The position numbers and the translations under genes are program-made. A stretch of 43,095 nucleotides of DNA from an uncultured Kiloniellales bacterium (GTDB taxonomy: Bacteria; Actinomycetota; Acidimicrobiia; Spongiisociales; UBA5794). The DNA lies in assembly GCA_964195125.1 (NCBI GenBank), contig CAXMPL010000183.1, forward strand, positions 1 to 43,095, given 5' to 3'. Position 1 is the stretch's first letter; every line of letters starts with the position of its first letter. Positions 37,081-43,095 of the stretch are shown piece after piece. The notes under the pieces were generated by a model. It was not told the DNA's origin. It saw nothing but the letters and a program-made list of their open reading frames with translations, and searched no databases.

Positions 37081-37380
37081 GGTGAGATCGGTCGATGGGT
37101 TATCGGTTGTCTCGGCGGAGGTGGTCTGATTTTTTCCGCTCTTGCTGCTGCGCAGCGGGCCGCTCGGGCCCCGGCTCAGCGGGTTCTCTTCTTCAGCAAA
37201 AGCCAGGTCGCGTTCCATCCGCTTCGCCTTGGTGAGATCGGTCGATGGGTTATGGGTTGTCTCGGCGGAGGTGGTCTGATGTTTTCCGCTCTTGCTGCTT
37301 CGCAGCGGGCCGCTCGGGCCCCGGCTCAGCGGATTTCCCTCATCGATACCGGCCAGATCGCGTCTCATCCACTTCGCCTC
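37081..37380 (-). repeat. Structured GC-rich repeat, locus 5: two tandem 150-bp units (37081-37230, 37231-37380)
   Basis: The units are near-identical over the first ~105 nt (5 substitutions) and diverge in the last ~45 nt. Each contains a core (37130-37183, 37280-37333, minus-strand orientation) with the GCTGC/GCAGC stem variant. The locus lies between the 73-aa ORF and the ArsA-like pair. Confidence 0.9.
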
Positions 37381-37389
37381 TGGTTGGGG

Positions 37390-37611
37390 TCAGGGACCAC
37401 CGTCGCTGAGTGGAATCCGCAATACGAGCGCGTCGTCATCGACAGACCACTCGGCGCGTCCGATCAGTGAGTAATCCATGTAGTCGTTCTCGGCGCTGGC
37501 GATCCACTGTCGGCGCGCATCACCCTCGAGCGGTGGGATGCCGCGCTCCTTGACGGCGGCGGCGCGGTCTCGGAATCGCTCGACGAAATCGTCGACATTC
37601 AACTGGGCCAT
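37390..37611 (-). CDS. Hypothetical small protein (73 aa)
   Basis: Strong SD (GGAGGA, 4 nt spacer) before the ATG and good GC3 bias. It sits 35 nt downstream of the ThyX-like gene. Confidence 0.6.
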   Translation of the reverse strand: MAQLNVDDFVERFRDRAAAVKERGIPPLEGDARRQWIASAENDYMDYSLIGRAEWSVDDDALVLRIPLSDGGP

Positions 37612-37646
37612 CGCATCCTCCTAGCCGAGCAGGCTAACGGGCTGGA

Positions 37647-39299
37647 TCATTCACCCGGCACTTCGAGGGCGGCCCGTTTTGCCGCAGATCGGCGCTCGGA
37701 CTCGAGTCTGGAGAGCTCGTAGTCGTCGTAATCGACAAACTTCATCCCATCGGCGATGAGGCGGTGCCCGGCGACGTCACCGATGAGCCGGTGCATCTCC
37801 TGAGCCACCCTGCGGTAATCCGGATGCCCGGTGCGCTGGCTGCGCAACTCGGTGAAGTGGAAGGCCTCTCTGGCGTTCATGTGCAGGTAGTACCGGATGC
37901 GGTAGGCGAAGGGGATGACGTACTGGGCGACATCCTCCCCATGAGCGGATGCCACTCTCTCGTGGAGTGCCTCCGCCCGTTCCATGGCCTCTGCCCACTG
38001 TGCCCCGCCGCCGATGTCGGCGATGGAGCCCGGGGTGACGAAACCGTGGACGGGTGAAAGGCGCTGCCATTCGAGGGTCAGCATCCGGTGGCGCTGCAGG
38101 TCGCGGAAGACCCCGTAATCGGAGAGGACATCGAACCGGTAGAACACCCGCTCCATGGATCGACCCGGCTTGTGCCTCCGGTTGCCACGCTCGCCGATGG
38201 CGGCGCGAATCAACGTTTGCCGGTCCTCGACGGGAAGCCGGCGCACATAGTCGAGCAGTTGATCGTCTGGCAGATCGGAAGCGGAGTACAGCGCAGCTGC
38301 CGCCACCTTGGTCTCGGCGTCCGGATCCCATTCAACGAGCGTGACTTCGTCTCGGTGCTGTGGCGCAAGCCCGATTTGGGCGGCACGGGCGCCGAGTCCA
38401 GCAGCCACAGACGCCAGATAGTCGCTCCACGCTCCGCCTCTATCGGGGACGTCGACTCGTTTGAGGAACGAAGGGATTACCTTGCGCAGCTCGGTGAGGA
38501 TGAGGTCGGAATAGCTGCGCGCCTCGTGCAGGGGGTGGGAACGCATGCGAAGCAGCAGTGCCTCATATGCTTGGCCGCTTGCGAAAATGCCGAGATTGGA
38601 CACAGTGGATGCCGGGAGCAGCCCGCGAAGATCGTCGCACGCCTTGGCTCTGATAGTGGAACGCCAGACGAAGCTGGAATCCCCCTCCTGTTGTGGGAAC
38701 AACGTCTCGTAATACGGAACCGCACGGGCCACGAGGGATGAGTAGGCATCGAACAGCCAATCCATTTGCTCCACGTAGTCGTCGCCGAGGGTGGAGCCTG
38801 CTAGCTCGGTTGGGATGTGATAGCGATAGCGAGCTCCGAGCTTCCGGTCGTAAAAGATGTAGCGAGTCGACTCCTCGAGGTAAGAGCCGAGGCGTCCCCA
38901 TTCGAGGACCTTGGTGAGCAGGTTGGAGGCTTGTTCGCAGGCGATGTGCGCAGCACCCAGTTGGGCGACCGAGTCGTCCCCGTACTGGGTGAATACGCGG
39001 TCGTAAAGTCGCTCGGCTCGCTGCAGGTCGACTATCGGATCGGCGCCATCGAGTTGCCCGGCGATCGCCTCCAACCCGGCATCGGCGTCGGCGACGAATT
39101 CATCGAGGAAGAGGCGCCGCACCGATTTCGGTGAGCGGCTGTAGCGTGCGAACAACGCACCTTTCACCACCTCAGGCAGGTTGACGACCGCATAGACCGG
39201 TCCATCGAGCTCGGTGAAGAACCTGCCGAGCACGGCGCGCTCGTCGTCGGTGAACGTCTCGACGTGGTAAGCCGGCGGGGGAAGGATTGTGGTGGTCAT
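37647..39299 (-). CDS. Fused double-domain ThyX-like (FAD-dependent thymidylate synthase family) protein, 550 aa
   Basis: The N-terminal half has YGDDSVAQLGAAHI and WGRLGSYLEESTRY (ThyX motif lacking RH). The C-terminal half has FRDLQRHRMLTLEWQRLS and NAREAFHFTELRSQRTGHPDYRRVAQEM (ThyX-like C-terminal helix). Confidence 0.7.
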   Translation of the reverse strand: MTTTILPPPAYHVETFTDDERAVLGRFFTELDGPVYAVVNLPEVVKGALFARYSRSPKSVRRLFLDEFVADADAGLEAIAGQLDGADPIVDLQRAERLYDRVFTQYGDDSVAQLGAAHIACEQASNLLTKVLEWGRLGSYLEESTRYIFYDRKLGARYRYHIPTELAGSTLGDDYVEQMDWLFDAYSSLVARAVPYYETLFPQQEGDSSFVWRSTIRAKACDDLRGLLPASTVSNLGIFASGQAYEALLLRMRSHPLHEARSYSDLILTELRKVIPSFLKRVDVPDRGGAWSDYLASVAAGLGARAAQIGLAPQHRDEVTLVEWDPDAETKVAAAALYSASDLPDDQLLDYVRRLPVEDRQTLIRAAIGERGNRRHKPGRSMERVFYRFDVLSDYGVFRDLQRHRMLTLEWQRLSPVHGFVTPGSIADIGGGAQWAEAMERAEALHERVASAHGEDVAQYVIPFAYRIRYYLHMNAREAFHFTELRSQRTGHPDYRRVAQEMHRLIGDVAGHRLIADGMKFVDYDDYELSRLESERRSAAKRAALEVPGE

Positions 39300-39372
39300 A
39301 AGGCGAATGACATCAGTGTGATTCGAGACGGTAGCAGCATGTCAACCTGCCCGTCGGGGTACGCTGCGCTGC

Positions 39373-39645
39373 GTGGTCATCCTGCTGAGAGTCGTCCAAG
39401 CGATCCTGCTCGCGGTCGTCGCTGCAATCGCCGCAGTGCCGCTATTCCTCGTATTCGATCTGGTCTCAGGCGGAACGGCACTGGGGCTGTGCCCGAGCGG
39501 GATCGCCAGGTGTGAGCCTGGATATTTCAGCGGCATCGAGCTATTCGGAATCCTGCTCGTTGCTCTGTTCATTGCCATCGGAGGCGTCGGACTGTGTGCG
39601 GCAGGGATCCGACGCGTTCAAAGTACTCAGGGCGCGCACCGATAA
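39373..39645 (+). CDS. Hypothetical small membrane protein (90 aa, 2-3 TM)
   Basis: Hydrophobic segments VVQAILLAVVAAIAAVPLFLVF and IELFGILLVALFIAIGGVGLCAAG. GTG start with no clear SD. Confidence 0.4.
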   Translation: MVILLRVVQAILLAVVAAIAAVPLFLVFDLVSGGTALGLCPSGIARCEPGYFSGIELFGILLVALFIAIGGVGLCAAGIRRVQSTQGAHR

Positions 39646-39882
39646 GTGACCGGTCGTCTCTCGATAGAAGTTGAGCCTCTGTTTTTCCCGCTCTTGCCAC
39701 TGCGTGGCGGGCCGCTCGGGCCCCGGCTCAGCGGACTTCTCTGATCGTTGATGCCCAGTGGTCGCATCCGCTTCGCCTTCGTTTCCCGCTCTTGCCGCTT
39801 CGCGGCGGGCCGCTCGGGCCCCGGCTCCGCAAATGGCTTTTCGCAAAAGAGACCGGATCGTGCGCTATTTGCGGAGCCTCGA
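39646..39882 (-). repeat. Structured GC-rich repeat, locus 6 (two cores, 100-bp spacing)
   Basis: Cores at 39682-39733 (GCCAC/GTGGC stem variant) and 39782-39832 (1 mismatch to the consensus). GGCTCCGCAAA at 39823-39833 pairs with TTTGCGGAGCC at 39868-39878. Confidence 0.9.
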
Positions 39883-39895
39883 GTACCAAGTAATC

Positions 39896-39975
39896 GAGTC
39901 GTCAGCCATCAGTCGTCAGTCCTCAGCAACAAACGTTGCGTTGAGTTTTGGCTCGCGACTCGCGACTCACGACTC
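39896..39975. repeat. Heptamer arrays GAGTCGT CAGCCAT CAGTCGT CAGTCCT CAGCAAC ... GCGACTC GCGACTC ACGACTC around a small hairpin
   Basis: Read directly. The central hairpin is GCAAC-aaac-GTTGC at 39926-39939. The outer GAGTCGT (39896-39902) is complementary to ACGACTC (39969-39975). The arrays lie immediately upstream of nth. Confidence 0.8.
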
Positions 39976-39991
39976 GTAAGCTTCGCTACCC

Positions 39992-40666
39992 ATGTCCGAT
40001 GCCCCGACCGTCGCCGAACGCGCACAAGCGGAAGAAATCCTTGACCGCCTGAGGCAGCGTTACCCGGAGATGTCGACCGCACTCCGGTACGACAATCCGT
40101 GGCAGCTGCTCGTCGCCACCGTGCTCTCCGCGCAGACCACCGATGACAACGTGAATGCGGTCACGCCGGTGTTGTTCCAGCGTTGGCCGACGGTTGACGA
40201 CCTGGCAGGAGCCGACCTAGAGGAGGTCGAGGAGGTGGTGTACTCGACCGGGTTCTTTCGGCAGAAGACCGCGTCGATCATCTCCCTCTCCGCGGATTTG
40301 GTGGACCGCTACGACGGCGTGGTCCCCGGCGACCTAAACGATCTGATCACGCTGCGCGGCGTCGGGCGCAAGACCGCAAGTGTGGTCCTTGCTGAGGCGT
40401 TCGGTCAGCCGGCGATTGCCGTGGACACCCATGTGAACCGCGTGTCCAACCGACTCGGGCTGGTGTCGACAAGTGCACCCGAGAAAATCGAGTTCGCCCT
40501 GCGCGATCTGTACCCACAGGTAGATTGGGGTGCAATCTCCATGCGGTTCATCCAATTCGGCCGCGAGGTGTGCGTAGCGCGGCGCCCGAGATGTTGGAAG
40601 TGCCCGCTAGCCGACGTGTGCCCATACCCGGACAAAACACCGGCCCCGGAGCCGGACGAGGTTTAG
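39992..40666 (+). CDS. nth: Endonuclease III (DNA glycosylase/AP lyase)
   Basis: HhH-GPD motif LITLRGVGRKTASVVL and the 4Fe-4S cluster CVARRPRCWKCPLADVC. Confidence 0.9.
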   Translation: MSDAPTVAERAQAEEILDRLRQRYPEMSTALRYDNPWQLLVATVLSAQTTDDNVNAVTPVLFQRWPTVDDLAGADLEEVEEVVYSTGFFRQKTASIISLSADLVDRYDGVVPGDLNDLITLRGVGRKTASVVLAEAFGQPAIAVDTHVNRVSNRLGLVSTSAPEKIEFALRDLYPQVDWGAISMRFIQFGREVCVARRPRCWKCPLADVCPYPDKTPAPEPDEV

Positions 40667-40697
40667 AAGCGCACCCGCGTCTCATTTCATAGAACCC

Positions 40698-41936
40698 CTA
40701 GGAGGCAGCGGAGCTCCTGCCGCGGCGGGCCTTTACGATGTCCATGCCCTTCGTCTCAGGTAGCCGCAGGGTGAGGAACACTGCGCCGATCACGCCGACA
40801 CCGAGAATTGCGATTGTCGTTGGCAACCCGACTTGGCCGATGAGCAGGCTTGCGATCAGGAACCCAGCAATGCTCCCGATAATGGCGACGTTGGTGATCC
40901 AGCCTGCGGCGGTGGCTCGGACCCTGGTCGGAAACAGCTCGGCTCGCATCGCACCGAGGGCGGGGGTCAGCATCGTGGCGCCGAACGTCGCTAGGAATAC
41001 CGAGACGGCAAGGAACCAGCCGCTGTCGAGCAAATAGAAACCGAGGCCCCCGACCAGACCGATGATGATCGCAGTGACAGTCGTCGGCCGCCTCCCGATT
41101 CGGTCTGCGGCTCGCCCCCCAACGAGCAAGCCGACCGTGCCGAGTCCGCTGGCCACGATCAGGAGGAACCTGGCGGCTCCTGCCTGCCATCCCAAATCGT
41201 TGATGAGCCGTTCCAGGACGAAGTCGAAAGCGGGCGAGGCAAAGGCGGCGATGAAAAAGGACACGCCGGCCAGCGGCCAGAAATGCTTGCCGAGCCCCAT
41301 GCGCAGGGCGCTCACGAATGAGATCGCAGGACCCGTTCGGAATGCGCGGCTCTCGGGCAAGAACCTAAGCAGCAAGGGGATCGCCAGCAGGCTCAACCCG
41401 GCGAGAGCAAACAGGATCCGCCATGCCTCATCGGCGCGCTCGGCCAGTGGGAGGAGAAGTAGACCCGTGCCGACGCCAAGCGAGCCGGCCAACCCGTACA
41501 AACCCATCCCATAGCCGCGCAACCCAGGCGTCAACTCCTCCGCCAGCAACACCATCCCGAGCCCGGCGATGGCGACGACGCCGATCCGGACTCCCGACTG
41601 GGCAACGATGTAGACGGCGGGAATGGGTACGAAGGCCGTGAGCAAGCTGCCGGTTGCTAGCAATGCATATGCAGCCATCAGGGGAAGCTTTCTCCCGCGG
41701 CGGTCGGCGACGATCGAGAACCCGACTCCGAGGAGCGAAGCGGCGCGTACGCCGGCGAATACCAGGGCCATGGTGCCCTCTGTCAGATCGAGGGAAAGCC
41801 TGGCAAAAGGGAGGGTGTGGGCCATCTGCGCGCCGGCGTAGCCGGCGACGAACGCAACGATCCCGAGCAGGAACACGATTCGCCGGTCGCTGACGGTGAA
41901 CGTTTCAGTCGGGCTGAGGAACTTGGGTAATGCCAT
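40698..41936 (-). CDS. MFS transporter
   Basis: About 12 TM segments with an ADRRGRK-type loop between TM2 and TM3. I prefer ATG 41936 (MALPKF...). The track's GTG 42020 would overlap the ccdA upstream region. Confidence 0.75.
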   Translation of the reverse strand: MALPKFLSPTETFTVSDRRIVFLLGIVAFVAGYAGAQMAHTLPFARLSLDLTEGTMALVFAGVRAASLLGVGFSIVADRRGRKLPLMAAYALLATGSLLTAFVPIPAVYIVAQSGVRIGVVAIAGLGMVLLAEELTPGLRGYGMGLYGLAGSLGVGTGLLLLPLAERADEAWRILFALAGLSLLAIPLLLRFLPESRAFRTGPAISFVSALRMGLGKHFWPLAGVSFFIAAFASPAFDFVLERLINDLGWQAGAARFLLIVASGLGTVGLLVGGRAADRIGRRPTTVTAIIIGLVGGLGFYLLDSGWFLAVSVFLATFGATMLTPALGAMRAELFPTRVRATAAGWITNVAIIGSIAGFLIASLLIGQVGLPTTIAILGVGVIGAVFLTLRLPETKGMDIVKARRGRSSAAS

Positions 41937-42038
41937 ACGCGAGCCGAAGAGGGGGTGGAGGAACGACGGGAGCCTACCGTCGCCGGGAACATCAGGGCCG
42001 CCGCTACCGTTCTTTCCCACGGTCCCTACGGAGGATCT

Positions 42039-42788
42039 GTGACCGAAGTCTCACTCATTGCCGCCGCGCTGGCAGGCGCCGCTTCCTTCCTGTCGCCTTG
42101 CGTGCTGCCCTTGCTGCCGGGATATATCTCTTTGATGTCCGGCTACTCGCTTCAGGAGTTGTCGACCGGCGAGGTGTCGATGCGGAGGGTGGTGGGAATG
42201 ACAGGGCTGTTCGTATTCGGGTTCAGTGCTGTGTTCGTTGCCCTCGGGGCCACCGCCACCTCGCTGTCGGCGTTCCTGAATCAGCAGATCTTCACCCAGG
42301 TCGCCGGTTGGGTGATCATCGGTATGGGCCTGTTCATTGCCGTCACCGCCGTGTGGTCTCCAACGCTGCTGCTGCCGATCATGAGAGAACGGCGCGTCGA
42401 AGCCCACGGTGCGCAGACGCTCGGCTACTTCGGCCCCCCAGTAATGGGAGCGGCCTTTGCCTTCGGTTGGACCCCGTGCATCGGGCCCTTTCTCGCCTCG
42501 GCGCTAGCCCTGGGAGCGGCCACTGCGACGGTAGGGGAGGGCATGACCGTGCTTCTCTTCTACTCCCTCGGACTCGGAATCCCGTTCCTGGTGACATCGC
42601 TGTTGCTGGCCAAGGCCTTCTCAGCGTTTGACTGGATCAAGCGATACCTGACACCCATCACCGTCGTCTCTGGACTGCTGCTCGTCGCGTTCGGCGTGGT
42701 GATGGTCACCGGTCGCCTTGGCCAGCTGTCCAATTTCTTCTTCGAGCTGCTCGACAGCCTCGGCCTGGACAGCCTGACGACTTCTTAG
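42039..42788 (+). CDS. ccdA: Cytochrome c biogenesis / thiol-disulfide transfer protein CcdA
   Basis: FLSPCVLPLLPGY and WTPCIGP motifs with 6 TMs. GTG 42039 is preceded by GGAGGA; the track start 41955 adds an implausible basic N-terminal extension. Confidence 0.85.
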   Translation: MTEVSLIAAALAGAASFLSPCVLPLLPGYISLMSGYSLQELSTGEVSMRRVVGMTGLFVFGFSAVFVALGATATSLSAFLNQQIFTQVAGWVIIGMGLFIAVTAVWSPTLLLPIMRERRVEAHGAQTLGYFGPPVMGAAFAFGWTPCIGPFLASALALGAATATVGEGMTVLLFYSLGLGIPFLVTSLLLAKAFSAFDWIKRYLTPITVVSGLLLVAFGVVMVTGRLGQLSNFFFELLDSLGLDSLTTS

Positions 42789-42816
42789 AGTCGCAAGTCT
42801 TGGAGTCGCGAGTCGC
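42788..42816 (+). repeat. Heptamer array GAGTCGC AAGTCTT G GAGTCGC GAGTCGC
   Basis: Read directly. It begins at the ccdA stop codon. Confidence 0.85.
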
Positions 42817-42954
42817 AAGCCAGAATCTCTGGGATGGGGGCTCGGAAACTGGGGACCCGTGTCCGGCCACCGGCAACGAGGAACCGAAGATCAAGCAACC
42901 TCATCGCAGCCGTCGGTGGTACTCGCCCCTGGATGGAGAGATACGAGCATCGCT

Positions 42955-42972
42955 ACTCGCGACTCGCGACTC
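42955..42972 (-). repeat. Heptamer array (reverse complement) tACTC GCGACTC GCGACTC
   Basis: GCGACTCGCGACTC at 42959-42972 is the perfect reverse complement of GAGTCGCGAGTCGC at 42803-42816. Confidence 0.85.
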
Positions 42973-42997
42973 GGGACCTGGTCGCTAGTCTCGCTCG

Positions 42998-43095
42998 GTG
43001 AGGTTTTCCCTGAGCGAAGACGATTTTCTCGACCTGGCTTCCGATTATTCGGTGGTCCCGGTCGCACTCGAGGTGCTCGCAGACAGGGACACGCC
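42998..43095 (+). CDS. trpE: Anthranilate synthase component I, N-terminal fragment (continues beyond window)
   Basis: My translation from GTG 42998 is VRFSLSEDDFLDLASDYSVVPVALEVLADRDTP, matching the conserved TrpE N-terminus pattern F..LA....VVPV...VLAD.ETP. Only 32 codons are visible. Confidence 0.6.
   Translation, partial: MRFSLSEDDFLDLASDYSVVPVALEVLADRDT

Noticed and set aside
37021-37368. 115-aa ORF with an internally duplicated sequence, ending at the ArsA-like start codon.
   Set aside because: It is composed entirely of the two 150-bp repeat units, its composition is low-complexity, and it has no SD. I treat it as a repeat artefact, though it is flagged in the findings for a proteomic check.
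37130-39832. Possible CRISPR array, suggested by repeated ~50-nt cores at regular spacing (150 bp at 37130/37280, 100 bp at 39682/39782).
   Set aside because: There are only two units per locus, and the 'spacers' are themselves duplicated or shared between loci. The repeats are longer and more degenerate than CRISPR repeats, and no cas genes are present.
41955-42038. Overlap of divergent MFS (track start 42020) and ccdA (track start 41955) ORFs as a real antisense gene overlap.
   Set aside because: Both long starts add non-homologous basic extensions. Internal starts (ATG 41936 for MFS; GTG 42039 with GGAGGA for ccdA) give canonical N-termini and a normal ~100-bp divergent promoter region.
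42800-42988. 62-aa ORF upstream of trpE as a possible trp leader peptide.
   Set aside because: It contains only two isolated Trp codons with no tandem Trp run and no SD. It is largely made of the heptamer arrays.
1-43095. tRNA, rRNA, transposase, integrase, toxin-antitoxin or known defence-system genes.
   Set aside because: None was recognisable by eye in any intergenic region or ORF translation. The only mobile-like proteins are the two HNH endonucleases. A tRNAscan, Infernal or defence-finder run would be needed to exclude small elements.

Overview
High-GC actinobacterial-type chromosome segment (gene order resembles Mycobacterium/Acidimicrobiia-like genomes), mostly core genome. From left to right:

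- A minus-strand MoxR / DUF58 / transglutaminase-type membrane protein operon (1-2949).
- A small accessory-looking stretch (3053-5749) with an 84-aa hypothetical, a standalone HNH endonuclease, a hotdog thioesterase and a Rossmann oxidoreductase, all interleaved with repeats.
- A complete, tightly coupled dcw cluster (6046-23438): mraZ-rsmH-ftsL-ftsI-murE-murF-mraY-murD-ftsW-murG-murC-murB-ftsQ-ftsZ-pgeF-yggS-sepF-yggT.
- Convergent ileS with a recognisable T-box leader.
- DUF167, a DksA/TraR-like gene, lspA, rluD, WS/DGAT, a short DUF222-HNH (13E12-type) gene and dnaE.
- A minus-strand block with two ArsA/Get3-like ATPases, a 73-aa ORF and a 550-aa fused double ThyX-like protein.
- nth, an MFS transporter, ccdA and the start of trpE.

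No rRNA, tRNA, CRISPR, transposase or obvious defence operon was seen.

What the genes do not explain is in the intergenic DNA:

1. A dispersed, modular, hairpin-forming GC-rich repeat family has 8 full cores plus 1 partial at 6 loci. Three copies share a 50/50-identical core, and a 5-bp stem shows compensatory substitutions.
2. Short tandem heptamer arrays occur at several loci: GAGTCGC/GCGACTC, an AT-rich CGTAATA array, and CAGTTTC.

I regard the repeat family as the best candidate for something undescribed. All calls are by eye from the sequence and the ORF track; no searches were run.
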